64,000 bases of DNA from Octopus sinensis (lineage: Eukaryota). The first letter of the stretch is position 1. The number at the start of each line of letters is the position of its first letter. The notes beneath the pieces were generated by a model, which was given only the letters and a program-made list of their open reading frames with translations, had not been told where the DNA came from and made no database searches. The position numbers and the translations under genes are program-made. Positions 27,480-40,424 of the stretch are shown here, piece after piece. The stretch is from assembly GCF_006345805.1 (NCBI RefSeq), contig NW_021833976.1, positions 1,228 to 65,227 of the forward strand, given 5' to 3'.

Positions 27480-27692
27480 CACCTCGCATCATACCGTTTT
27501 GAAAAAGCGCTCGCATTCAACGGTTTTTTTCTCCCGAGTTGATAAGTTACGCTTTACCCTAGGCGCAGTAAGGTCTACTGACGCGAACCGAGTTGCACCG
27601 CATCAGAGTTCGAAATCACGTGAGCTGGATATATCTGCTTCCTCACATGTCCGCTTGTCTTATTTCTGTTTCGTCAAATTATTACGGTAAGT
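27480..27692 (+). promoter_or_regulatory. Possible promoter / non-coding first exon
   Basis: Locally CpG-rich non-repeat sequence, TCACGTGA E-box at 27616-27623, consensus donor ACG|GTAAGT at 27686/27687. Confidence 0.3.
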
Positions 27693-27877
27693 GTTTTTTT
27701 TGTGACTAATTGAGTTTTTTTTACACTTGTTTCTAGCACTCTGATATTATTTTGTACCCTTAATTATAAATTTGCTCGTAGGTTTTAATTGCTAATGTGC
27801 GTGTGCGTCTACGTCTCTACGTCTGTATTTGTATTATATGTTTAGTATAAATATGCGTGTGTATATATATCTATATG

Positions 27878-27978
<101 letters not shown>

Positions 27979-28708
27979 GTGAATATACATAAATATATAT
28001 ACGTATGTGTGCGTGCGTGTTATATATGTATGAATTTATGAATTTACATTCCTTAGACAGAACACAGAGTTACACATACATTCTTAATTCAGTTCGTTAA
28101 GTGTTTTGTCTCGGAACGAACAAAATAATTAGGCACTCAAAATAATTATTTAAACTGATTATGTATAAAGTCACACATATTTATGCCCGCGTGAGTGTGT
28201 AATTGTGTGTGTGTGGCATTCATACACACAGACAATTATATATGTCTGCGTACTGTCAACGATTTATTTTACGTATATGAAAATAAATGTCGACGTATGT
28301 ATGTATGTATGAACATATGTAAGTATGTATTTACGTGTATATGTATGCTTCATTATCACAATGTCCTCGACTTTTCCATATGATAGACTTTAAATAATAA
28401 CATCTGACCTTGGAAATAATAAGCGAAATATTAATAAAGGTGTGTCCTCATAAGTACACGAACTCGCGCACTCGAGTACACGTAAATACTATTGATAAAC
28501 CTATGCATACATCAAAACATACACACATATGTATGCTCCATGTATGTGTATATTTACTGGGTTATGTATAAAGATGATATATATGTATATATATATACAT
28601 ATATATATATGTTTGTATATATATATATGTTTGTATATATACATACATACATATGTATATATATAAATATATATATGTATATGTGTATATAAGTATATAT
28701 ATGTATTT

Positions 28709-28886
28709 GTGGCTATGTGGTGAGTAGCTTCTTAACAACCACATGGTTCCAGGTTCAGTCCCACTGCGTGGCACCTTAGGCAAGTGTCTTCTACTATAGC
28801 CTCGGGTCGACCAAACCTTGTAAATGGATTTGGTAGAAGGAAACTGAAAGAAGCCCTTCGTATATATATATTATATATATATATAG

Positions 28887-28936
<50 letters not shown>

Positions 28937-29160
28937 CGTGTGTGTATATGTTTGTGTTTCTGTGTTCGTCCACCCAACATCGCTTGACAACCGATGCTGG
29001 TATGTTTACGTCCCCGTAACTTAGCGATTCGGAAAAAGAGACCGATAGAATGAGTACTGGGCTTATATAGAATAAGGCCTGGGATCGATTTGCTCGACTA
29101 AAGGCGGTGCTCCAGCATCGCCACAGTCAAATGACTGAAACAAGTAAAAGAGTAAAAGAG
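28709..29160 (+). mobile_element. SINE-A
   Basis: Head to (GTAAAAGA)n tail with an expanded internal TA tract. Confidence 0.9.
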
Positions 29161-29468
29161 TATATATATGTATGCATGTATGCATATATATATATATATA
29201 TATAAAAATTGAGGGAGATCAATTAATATTAATTTTAATATCAATTTAAAACCAGTAGTCCAGCATTCAAAAAATCTGAGGAGTCAGAGAAAATTCAAAT
29301 ATATGTGTATATTGGCAGGGCTGAGCTGCTAGGTAGCCGGCCAGAATGCTAGAAAAAGATCATCAACGATCAAACTACAAGGGAAATTCTCTAGAGGAAG
29401 AATTCAGCGAACACCAGAACCAACTTTGGCGGGCAGGTCATATGAAAAATTATATAAATAACAGACTT

Positions 29469-29546
29469 AAATGCATACCTCGGTTTCGGTCTTAACAAAA
29501 GAATTACTTGCATAATTCAAGTGTCCGTGACTTCATCAGTACATTC
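29469..29546 (-). ncRNA. Type I hammerhead ribozyme motif (F2), canonical core, long stem II
   Basis: Sense GAATGTA-CTGATGA-AGTC...GAATTA/TAATTC...GACC-GAAA-CC GA GG-TA-TGCATTT; GUA triplet, 7-bp stem I including two G-U pairs. Confidence 0.8.
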
Positions 29547-30022
29547 GGTCCTCGAGATGCAAACCGCAAGACTAACCCCAGCTCTCTGTGTCAAGACAGA
29601 CACGTGCTTAGTCTTACTGATTACATCGGGAATAAAATTTCAAATGTCTTGGTTCCGGCGCGCTGAGAGACTCCTGAAGCGAAGGGCTGCAGTGAATAAT
29701 TCACTGCGGGTAGTGCTTACAACTAGGGAACGTATTTATTTAAATATTTAAGTATTTAAAAATTGAGGGAGATAAATTAATATTAATTTTAATATCAATT
29801 TAAAACCAGTAGTCCAGCATTGAAAATATCTGAGGAGTCAGAGAAAATTCAAATATATGTGTATATTGGCAGGGCTGGCCTGCTAGGTAGCCGGCCAGAA
29901 TGCTAGAAAAAGATCATCAACGATCAAACTACAAGGGAAATTCTCTAGAGGAAGAATTCAGCGAACACCAGAACCAACTTTGGCGGGCAGGACATATGAA
30001 AAATTATATAAATAACAGACTT

Positions 30023-30100
30023 AAATGCATACCTCGGTTTCGGTCTTAACAAAAGAATTACTTGCATAATTCAAGTGTCCGTGACTTCATCAGTACATTC
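30023..30100 (-). ncRNA. Second identical F2 hammerhead motif
   Basis: Same sequence 554 bp away. Confidence 0.8.
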
Positions 30101-30314
30101 GGTCCTCGAGATGCAAACTGCATGACTAACCCCAAGACCGAAACCGAGGTATGCATTTAAGTCTGTTATTTATATAATTTTTCATATGTCCTGCCCGCCA
30201 AAGTTGGTTCTGGTGTTCGCTGAATTCTTCCTCTAGAGAATTTCCCTTGTAGTTTGATCGTTGATGATCTTTTTCTAGCATTCTGGCCGGCTACCTAGCA
30301 GGCCAGCCCTGCTA

Positions 30315-30396
<82 letters not shown>

Positions 30397-30624
30397 TGTG
30401 TATTCAAACACAGAATGATGTTTACGGCGGACAATTATGTTCAGGAGAAATAATATACACAATCTAGTTTGGAATACGCGAAAACACGGAGACGAAGGAA
30501 TTGTGAATGAACTTGGTAAATATATGGCGAAAACAGAATGCATATATATAAATAAGTAGAAAATCTTAATTGTATCTATATGTATATACATACACACCTA
30601 TATATCTATGTATATATATCTGTG

Positions 30625-30661
<37 letters not shown>

Positions 30662-31224
30662 TTCATGCGTACATACGTACAGGGCATCATTTTGACATTC
30701 TAGCTTTATTTCTTTGTACATAAGTTCGAGGACAATATATATATAATTGCGAAAAAAATTTTAAATGCAATATCAAACAAACCAGACATCAACGACAGAA
30801 ATTGAAGAAGAACAACAGCAACTATAATAGTGAAAATAATAACAATAATGATAATGATGATGAACGTGGTTTTGGTGAATATTAGGTTTAATATAGTTTT
30901 TTTTTCCTTATTGTCTTCAGGCGTATTGGCCTTTCTAATTTGCAAAGTTGTTGTTTTTTTAAAAATTCCAAATATATTGCTTAACAGAAAAAGCTATGAA
31001 ATTAGTGCAAAAGTGTGTATTGGAGGAGAATACAAAAGTCTAATGGGAAAAGAGGTTAACAAATAGTTTTGGGTGTTTATCAATTATATATACTTAAAAA
31101 AATAAAGTTGATGGCAAAAACAATGCTTTAAGAATCGAAACACAATATGCATAAATACATTACTCATTGCATCTTCCTCTCTTTCGTTGACTCTCCATCT
31201 CTCGCTCTTTCTCCCTCCTTATCT

Positions 31225-31271
31225 AACTGTCTGTCTGTCTATGTATCTATCTATCTATCTATCTATCTATG

Positions 31272-31334
<63 letters not shown>

Positions 31335-31343
31335 TTATCTATA

Positions 31344-31380
<37 letters not shown>

Positions 31381-31445
31381 ATCTATCTATCTATCTATCT
31401 ATATGTCTGTCTATCTATCTATCTATCTATATATCTATCTATCTG

Positions 31446-31514
<69 letters not shown>

Positions 31515-31552
31515 TAATCCATCCATCTATCTATCTATCTATCAATCCATCC

Positions 31553-31590
<38 letters not shown>

Positions 31591-31595
31591 ATACT
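31225..31595. repeat. (TATC)n microsatellite
   Basis: Long tetranucleotide run; source of the YLSI ORFs. Confidence 0.97.
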
Positions 31596-31870
31596 TATCT
31601 ACTTTTAAATAGATGTAATGATTGCATTCTTCAATTAAATGGAGTTGGTCTATTAACTCTGAATATCCTTGTTGCTTATTTTGATTTTAATCACCTTATT
31701 TTGATATTGTATGGATAATACCATACTAAATTCTGGTACCTAAACTTATGTACCATATTCATCTGTATCTACTTATCCATTTAAATATATATCTGTGTAT
31801 GTGTGTGTGCATGCACACACACGTACACATGCACACACCTATATACATATATATGTATACACACACACAC

Positions 31871-31902
<32 letters not shown>

Positions 31903-31964
31903 TAAATATAGTATATGTATGTATGTAAAAGTAAAAAAAATATATACAAACTGGGACAAGGACA

Positions 31965-32070
31965 TGAAACATTTAGAAGACGACACAAAAAACAAGGACG
32001 GGACATTCGAAGCCCTCAATCATCAGTCAATAACCGGATCATCTTCGCAATTTCGGCTGATTAATCTTGA
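31965..32070 (-). mobile_element. Diverged relative of repeat F8
   Basis: Sense CAGCCGAAATTGCGAAGATGATCCGG...GACTGATGATTGAGGGCTTCGAA aligns with 13845 and 42010. Confidence 0.5.
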
Positions 32071-32097
32071 TATATATATATATATATATATATCCAT

Positions 32098-32420
32098 ATA
32101 CAGGGTGTTCCAGAGTTAATATTCATTTTCAATCCGGAAAATTTTCAGAAATCTGACAAAATTTTATATTCATTGCTTAATTTTGATACCAAGATCAATA
32201 GATTTATAAATGTTGCTTCGGAACGTGTTTGGAAATTTTCCGTTTGTATTCCTGCAGATTCCAAATTTATACTTAGCGTTACCAAGAACATTTTGAAGCA
32301 GTTGAAGTGTTTTATCCAACACTTCTAAGTTAATGTTTTGAGCAACTTTCGCTAAATTGTTGGTCCATCATGGGCATGGCGGTAGAGCAAATGACTTCAG
32401 CGAAATTGAAAACAAGCTGT
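32098..32420. mobile_element. Possible Tc1/mariner terminal remnant
   Basis: TACAGGGTGTTCC resembles a Tc1-type TIR start; partner TIR not found. Confidence 0.3.
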
Positions 32421-32542
32421 TGTGGATAGATAAGCGCAATCGAACCCGAATGAAAATGAAATCATAAATGTATTTATAAAAATTTTAATTATATAAGATT
32501 GCTAAATAAAAAGGTTTAAAATTTAACTATATATAATAATAC

Positions 32543-32730
32543 TACGAGGGGCGTTCAATAAGTAATGCCCCTGACCCAGTTCCCATAGCAGTAGAGCAAC
32601 GAAACTTGGCACAGTTATTAGTCTTTTTCTACATAGGAACCACCCAGAGTTACACGTTTCTCCCATTGTTTGATGCAGCTCTGGAGACCGATTTTTTAGA
32701 AGACCCCAGCTTGGTCCTCCAACCACGACG
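32543..32730 (+). mobile_element. Mariner-like terminal fragment
   Basis: TA|CGAGGGGCGTTCAATAAGTAATGC resembles a mariner TIR; rest truncated. Confidence 0.6.
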
Positions 32731-34151
32731 TAAATAATAATAATAACAATAATGATATATATATATACATATATATATATATGTATGTATGTATAAACAA
32801 AGGAAGTGTGTGTTTGTATGTGTGTGTAGTACGTATGCATTGCTACAGTTTTCAACTGATTTTCATTAAACTTTAAAACATTACTTATGTGCCAAGAATG
32901 GTCATGCACTATAACATTTTGCTCAGAGCTGATGCGTAACGCGAGAAACTGGCCGGAGAATGTAGGTGTTTCGCATGGGGTTTTCTCTAAAAGCTGCAGT
33001 TCTCAACCGATTCTTTCCCTTTGACTTCTGGGTTTTTCAAGCGATTCTCTCCTTTTTTCTCTCTCTATTTATTTATCTCTACTCTTTCTTTTTCTCACCC
33101 TCTGCAATACATTCTTTTCACTCTCTCTCCCTCTTTTACACTGGCTCTCTCTCCCCCCTCTCTCTCTATTTGACTGCATTGTATTTCAGTTTGGTGGTGC
33201 GTAAATATCTTTGATTTCACGCTATTTGTACGTTCTCCTTACAACATTACTTATTTAAAAAATTTTTTGCACTCCATCTATTATATACACTATTTACATT
33301 TATCCCTCAATCGAAAACCGTTTTGATACAGACGATAAGCCTTACTTACTAATCAATGAGGAAGCAAACACGCCATGAGCGTTCATGCGTTAGAAAACGA
33401 TATCCAAAAGTGGCGCAAGATTTTATCACTCAAGCTTCTACAGTTTTTTTACGCTGAAATGGCCTTTGTAAATTATGTCTACAAATTGACTTCCTTGTGT
33501 GATAAAATATTGTTTCACTTTCGTTCTGTCACTTTTAGTTCTAATGTGGAAAATCTATAATATTATTTAACTTTTATTCTTTCACTTTTGTGTGTGCGTT
33601 TGCGCGTTCCATACGGACAAGATAGTAAAGGACAGTTTATACTACAACGACGTCTCATATATGAGTATAAATATGTCTCCGACTGAATGTGTATGGGTGT
33701 TTAAATGTGTATGTCTCTTAGACTCTCCCGCATTGTAACACTCTTCAATTGCCTCCCCTCAGATTTTTCTACTTGTTGATTCATTCGCAATCTCACAAAC
33801 TTCTACACAAGAAAATACAAAATTTCAACAATGTCAATCTCATGAATAGCGTAAGCGAAACCGGTCGACAAACACAATACTCTTTCACTCATAAAATATA
33901 TTCAAGAATAAATCAAAATTATGTAAACTGTGCATTTTCCTTCTTTTATTTCACGTATATATATTGCTGCTTTACAACCCACCATGTGGGATATACGAAA
34001 TACTCGTTCTCCCTAATTTTTCTTACTATATATATATATGTTCGTATATCTGGGTGTGTGTATACATATGTATACATATATGGCTGGGTATTAATATACA
34101 CAAAAACATACGAACACATATACATTTACACACGCGTACACACACACACAA

Positions 34152-34182
<31 letters not shown>

Positions 34183-34186
34183 ACAT

Positions 34187-34236
<50 letters not shown>

Positions 34237-34239
<3 letters not shown>

Positions 34240-34548
34240 GAGGTGCAATGGCCCAGTGGTTAGGGCAGTGGGCTCGCGGTCGTAGGATCGCGGTTTCGAT
34301 TCCCAGACCGGGCGTTGTGAGTGTTTATTGAGCGAAAACACCTAAATCTCCACGAGGCTCCGGCAGTGGGTGGTGGTGATCCCTGCTGTAGTCTTTCACC
34401 ACAACTTTCTCTCACTCTTTCTTCTGTTTGGCCTGCTCGCTTAGCCAGCAGTGTGGCATCATTTGAAGGCTAAAACAATGTGAAGCGCATTGTGACCAGC
34501 GATGTGTAGCAACATCTGATAGCCTGGTCGGTCACTTGATCACATGAT
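34237..34548 (+). mobile_element. SINE-C with a third type of 3' tail
   Basis: TGGCCCAGTGG A box, GTTTCGATTCC B box; tail GGCCTGCTCGCTTAGCC...GGTCACTTGATCACATGAT. Confidence 0.88.
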
Positions 34549-35524
34549 ACATATATATATATATTACATATGTACAAAAGATAGAGCTGTAGATTTGAAA
34601 ATACCATTCCTGCATGCATACGTATGTATAACTCCAAAGACATGCGTCCATATCTATTTACATATAGTGAGAGAATCTATCTGGTAGATAGAATGTGAGA
34701 CAACCATTATATTTCTTTCACTTGTTTATTTTAGATGTACGCTATTCAAGTATTATTCATCTCTCAATCAATTCTTTATTCTATACTACTGTATCTCCCA
34801 CCGTAGATTTATAAATAGAAACCCATTAACTAAAACATTAATGAGAATATAGCTAGAATGCTTACTTTTATATTTAAGTACACTTAGAATACAATATAAC
34901 ATTCCTTTATCAATCCACTTTGCCTGCGAGATTCTAAAGATATGCCAGACAACGTGATCAGACATAATAAAAAATATATCAGAAACATGCGCATATACAG
35001 CAAAACGTCCCTTGCTTTAGCCTATATAGATTTTTTGTGTGGATGTATACATAAGTGCATGTAGGTATCTACGTGTATGTATATATATATATTTATATAC
35101 ATACATATTAAGTGTATATATATATATAATATTTATTTATTCATATAAATATATATATATATATATAGATATATATATGTATGTATATATATATATATAT
35201 ATGAATATGTATTTATCATTAAACACATACGAGCTTGGACACTTTTCCTTCCCCTGACCTAATCTTCTCTACGCTTTCGGAAGAAGAACTATGCTCCAAA
35301 TATTGAACATTTACTGTTTTTCTCACATTTGCTAAGCTCATGCAAGCTAGGTGTACTTCCATTTCTGTTGTGTTGTTATTTGTCATTTTTAATTAAAATT
35401 TCATTGGCCTATATATGTAGGTAGATACAAGCAAATGTATAATATTTATAATATATAATTACGGATATTTGCATATATATATATATAATATATAATATAT
35501 ATATATATAAAGTTAATATAAAAA

Positions 35525-35751
35525 GGCGGCGAGCTGGCAGAAACGTTAGCTCGCTGGGCGAAATGCGTGAGCTGTATTTCGTCTGTCGTCACGTTCGGTT
35601 CAAATTCCGCCGAGGTCGACTTTGCCTTTCATCCTTTCGGGTCGATAAATTAAGTACCAGTTACACACTGGGGTCGATATAATCGACTTAATCCGTTTTT
35701 CTGTCCTGTTTGTCCCCGTCTGTGTTTAGCCCCTTGTGGGTAGTAAAGAAT
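35525..35751 (+). mobile_element. SINE-B
   Basis: Full head and tail; approximate TSD ...AAGTTAAT. Confidence 0.9.
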
Positions 35752-35760
35752 ATATATATA

Positions 35761-35965
35761 AGTTAATCCAAAGAAGAAAACACAAAAAAAAACAAAAAAA
35801 CACAACAACGCGAGACGTGGAAACAAATAAAGTATTATTGGACGCTCAGGAAAAGAAAGGAAGAAGGAGGGTTAAACGTTTCGAGCGGAGCTCTTCGTCG
35901 GAAACAAGGAGAAGGAAAGATCCGAGAAGGAAGACGGAGGAAAAAAATCGCCAGCGGTACTCACG
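35761..35965 (-). mobile_element. HHR family F4 repeat (HHR motif at 35871-35905, U4C core)
   Basis: Sense GTTT-CCGACGA-A-GAGC TCC GCTC-GAAA-CGT-T-TAAC; homologous to 38673-38835 and to the fragment at 46086-46170. Confidence 0.7.
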
Positions 35966-35968
35966 AGT

Positions 35969-36027
<59 letters not shown>

Positions 36028-36520
36028 GCCTATGTGGATGTGTGGTTTTAGGCGTGTGTGCGTGCCTGCAGGAAAAATGTAAACACCTTTGCAGATATTT
36101 GAAATAATTCTTATCTGGAACTCCTTCCAGTACTCAATGATTGCATGTAAATATCGATTTCAATGCATCCTTCTAACGCCTATGACGGCGGTATTAATTC
36201 TGCGAGGTTCTCATGGTAACGCACTCTGCTTAGACGCACCCACATAACTCAAACTTTGCTGTGCGTGGGAACTGTCTGTGCAGTGGCCAGCGCCCTTCGA
36301 CAGTAGACCGGCCAAATGTCATTCGTAGCAGCATATAGAATTACAGTGACGTTTCCGACACTGCATCGAAATGGCGACTATGCCAGGAAAAAAATACCGC
36401 CTTAGTAAACGTTCTAAATTTAGATTCACGTCAATCTGTATACAAAATTGCCTTTTAAGATCATTACTTCTATCGCTAACGTTAATTTAATATATACATA
36501 TACATATATATATATATAAT

Positions 36521-36715
36521 AACAGAGATACCCGGCGTTGCCCGTGTTATATGCAATTGAAAAAGTTAGACTTTTATGTTATATTTTCTGTAATGAATTG
36601 GAATATCTATGTTTCGAATTTCATCAAAATTGCAGATCAGAGTTAGTTCCATCTTTACATACCCTAAAAAATTGCAATCGTGTCACATGTCTCCCTACAA
36701 GTGACTTTATATATA
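36521..36715 (-). mobile_element. Probable second Helitron family, short copy
   Basis: 3' hairpin CACGGGCAACGCCGGG (sense) resembles the other Helitron ends; terminal CTAG degenerate. Confidence 0.5.
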
Positions 36716-36757
36716 TATTCCAAAATATATATATATAATTATGTATATTATATATAT

Positions 36758-36794
<37 letters not shown>

Positions 36795-36798
<4 letters not shown>

Positions 36799-36999
36799 TA
36801 AGGACTGAACACGAAAAGTGGACAGTCAACATTCTAGATATAGACGTCAAATCGCCATTCTCCACAAAGAGTATGTTCTCAATAAACTCAGTTTTTATTT
36901 GGGAGTTTTATTTGAGAACATACTCTTTGTGGAGAATGGCGATTTGCGTCTATATCTAGCATGTTGACTGTCGACTTTTCGTGTTCAGTCCTTAATTTG
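36795..36999. mobile_element. Fold-back MITE (~95-bp arms), TA target duplication
   Basis: CAATTAAGGACTGAACACG...AAACTC pairs with GAGTTT...CGTGTTCAGTCCTTAATTTG; TA on both sides. Confidence 0.85.
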
Positions 37000-37017
37000 T
37001 ATGTAAAAATATTTTAA

Positions 37018-37566
37018 TCTTCGGATTCTTTTAATATGCTAGACACTGGTTTAAATTGACTATATCAATTTCTACCTTTAATTAATTTTATATTATATAT
37101 CTATATATATATATATCATTATGTATTTATAAATTATATATGTATATATATCATTCTTTTCGTGATGTCTTCTTTCGTTCGGGATGTTGACGGTTGCCCT
37201 AAACGGGAAAAGCACTTTCAAACTTGTATTTTGCTCATGGGAGTGTCCTTATAAATTGTTTGAAGCATGAAAACTGTTTCTACCACCGTTTTTCACAGCA
37301 GAAAAACAGAATTTAATTGACTAATATCAATTTCTACCTTTAATTAATTTTATATATATATATATATATCATTATGTATTTATAAATTATATATGTATAT
37401 ATATCATTCTTTTCGTGATGTCTTCTTTCGTTCGGGATGTTGACGGTTGCCCTAAACGGGAAAAGCACTTTCAAACTTGTATTTTGCTCATGGGAGTGTC
37501 CTTATAAGCTGTTTGAAGCATGAAAACTGTTTCTACCACCGTTTTTCACAGCAGAAAAACAGAATC
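37018..37566. repeat. 261-bp tandem duplication carrying the terminal module shared with F2/F3
   Basis: Units start at ~37054 and 37315; no convincing HHR found. Confidence 0.85.
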
Positions 37567-38216
37567 TCACGGAAGTGCGCCGTCCCTTCTTTTCATTCAT
37601 GCAAAACATCAAACAACGCCAGTCAGCAGACTTGTGCCTGGAGATTGCATCAAGTGACTCTTACCGGCAGAAGCTTGGTACAACATAAAGCTTGTCCCAC
37701 ACAGAACGTTTCCGGTTACTTTTGGATACCTCCCCGTATATGCATGTATATACAGCCATATAAATACACATATTACATATACACGTCTTTAAATATCTGT
37801 TTTTCTGTGAATATGTTTACGTAATTAGTGAGAGAAAATGAACAATGATATTCGTGTGCTTCTAGGTTGCATATTATAATTCAGCTTTCATTTCGTTCTC
37901 AAGATGTTTTCGTATGATTAATTATCTACTTTAAAATGGTTTGTAGAGGGCTGATGTGGTAAACATAGGAGGAATATGGATAAAAGTCTGGTTGTTTTCA
38001 ATCCATATGCTGGAATCCATAACATAATTAAAATCTTATATCTCTTTTATCTTATTCATTTCTTAACCACTATGTCTCCCCTACTTTCTCTGCTTTCGTT
38101 TTACCACGCCACTCTCTCTATATATATCCGTCTCTGTTTCTTACGTTGACGACCACCTCCTTAAGTATACGTAGTATGTATTTGAATTAATATAATATAT
38201 ATATATATATATATAG

Positions 38217-38249
<33 letters not shown>

Positions 38250-38599
38250 GTGTGTGTGTGGTGTGTGTTGTGTGTGTATGTGTGTGTGTGGGTGCGTGTG
38301 TGGGTGTGGTGTGGTGTGTGTGTGTTGAGTGTGAGTGTCCGTGTGTGCGTGTCTGTGCGTGTGATTGTATATTTGTATATATAATAATTCCGCAATATAA
38401 ACACATGTGGTGTTATGTTTGTATGAATACACTCCCGTTACATTTATATATAATTCAAACATAAGAGATACCCGAAAATAGGATATGTTTTGAAGGTAAC
38501 AGGTTTTCTTCTCTGAATAATATATAGTCTATTGACTAATTGTTCTCATTAGACCACTGGTAACTAAGAATTTTTGGTAAATATTCTTGTTCCCCAAAG

Positions 38600-38631
<32 letters not shown>

Positions 38632-38635
38632 GTAT

Positions 38636-38672
<37 letters not shown>

Positions 38673-38677
<5 letters not shown>

Positions 38678-38835
38678 ATCCAAACAAGAAAGCACAATAA
38701 ACCCAACGCGAGGACGTGGAACAAATATAGCATTATTGTACCTCAGGAAAGAGGGAAGAAGGAGGGTTTAACGTTTTCGAGCGGAGCTCTTCGTCGGAAA
38801 CATAGGAGAAGGAAAGATCCCGAGAAGGGAAGACA
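38673..38835 (-). mobile_element. HHR family F4 repeat (HHR motif at 38766-38801)
   Basis: Sense GTTT-CCGACGA-A-GAGC TCC GCTC-GAAA(A)-CGT-T-AAAC; perfect 4-bp stem I. Confidence 0.7.
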
Positions 38836-39184
38836 GAGGAAAAAAATCGCCAGTCATATATATATGATAACAACAAATTGATTGTGATTCACTACAGCTG
38901 TTTTTTTTTAATTGATGCAATAAAATAATGAATCTCGGACCGGCAGTTCATTTACAACTTTAGTCCATAGAAAGTGGAGCAACACGCGCAGTGGGTGTAC
39001 CCATGTGTGACCTTGACTATTAGATGAGTATTGAATCAGCCACTTGTGAACTCATGCATAACTAGAGTAGAAATCCAGTTTTACTTTAGTTAATACGGAT
39101 TTGTACACAATAGCGCTATCTTCGACCCTACCTTGAGTGCTTTCCCTATTTACAAACATAATTCTCACGAATCCTGCAAATTTA

Positions 39185-39480
39185 AATACATCTGTATGCA
39201 CATTATTTACATTATTTACAGTTGAAGGATATTTGTCCTGATCTTGTTTGTTCGTTGTTAACACAACGTTTCGTCTGATATACCCTCAGCCTTCATCAGG
39301 TGTATTGGGGAAAATTTCAGAGGGATGCCTTGGTCCATTTTATAACATCATCTGATCAAGGCTGGAGGGTATATCAGCCTATACGTTGTGTTAACAACAA
39401 ACAAGATGGGGACAAATATCTGTCAATTGCAAATAATATAAATAATGCACATAATTCCTCATCTCTTAAATGCAGAACTG
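39185..39480. mobile_element. HHR family F1, inverted pair
   Basis: - strand motif at 39260-39305 (CTGATGA core, one stem II mismatch); + strand decayed motif at 39352-39392; ~30-bp filler between them. Confidence 0.8.
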
Positions 39481-39944
39481 TAATATCTGTATACATATGG
39501 GCGTAGGGAGCGGAAGAAAAACAGGAACTCGCCACGAAAGAAAAGCACATACGATGGAAGGAAAAAAACACAGTAGCGCCGGTAGGGGGCTCCTTCAAAT
39601 GCAGTTGCTGTATGCGTGTCTCCCACAACAGCCCCTACACCGTCATCAGTAGCTGACACAATTTCTTCGGGCAGAGGTCCATGGTCTCTCAAGTCCGACG
39701 GATGCCTATTACCACTACTCTATGGTAAAAAGTGTGCTTCTTAACCACGTTGTTTGTGGCTCCATGGATAAATTGACTCGGGTTGATCGAAATCTTGTGA
39801 GCGAATATGGTTCAATGAAGCTGAGCAAAGCCCGTCGTCCTATATACCTATGTATGTATGTGCAATTTTGTATAATTGTCTGTACTCCACACAGATATAA
39901 ACCGGCATTGGTGAGTTTACATCGCGGTATCTTAAGCGTTCGAA

Positions 39945-40156
39945 GGGCGGCGAGCTGGCAGAATCGTTAGCACGTCGGGCGAAATGCTTAGCGGTATTGC
40001 GGCTGCCGTTACGTTGTGAGTTCAAATTCCGCATCATTCTGGGGTCGATAAATTAAGTACCAGTTACGCACTGGGGTCGATATAATCGACTTAATACCTA
40101 TGTCTGTCCATGTTTGTCTCCTCTGTGTTTAGCCCCTTGTGGGTAATAAAGAAATA
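39945..40156 (+). mobile_element. SINE-B with 18-bp TSD GGTATCTTAAGCGTTCGA
   Basis: TSD at 39926-39943 and 40157-40174; small internal deletion. Confidence 0.92.
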
Positions 40157-40424
40157 GGTATCTTAAGCGTTCGATAAACAGAAACCATTAATATATGTAC
40201 CAGATTTCAAAAGTATATGAGTACACTTTGTCACGCAGCTCGAGAATGAGAATATATAGCAGCACACACTTGAGGAACAAGTGAACCATGACGTGAATAA
40301 GGAACCTGCGTGAAACAGCTGAGGGGAAAATGCTAGCCGGAGGGATGCTTTGGTCCAGGTTATAACGCCTGTAATGAATATTTCAATTCGAAGCATTCTT
40401 GAGCCAAAATTTCAACTCTATGAG

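Larger units (their letters stand above)
29204..30320 (-). mobile_element. HHR family F2: 554-bp tandem units plus inverted terminal segment (Penelope-like pLTR / retrozyme architecture)
   Basis: Unit starts at 29204 and 29758; 30134-30318 is the reverse complement of ~29868-30051; TA-repeat flanks. Confidence 0.85.

Noticed and set aside
37230-37730. Possible HHRs in the 261-bp tandem (CTGTTTGA...GAAAACTGTT; GAAACGTTCTGTG on the - strand)
   Set aside because: Core length is wrong or missing, stem I does not pair, and the two candidates imply opposite strands
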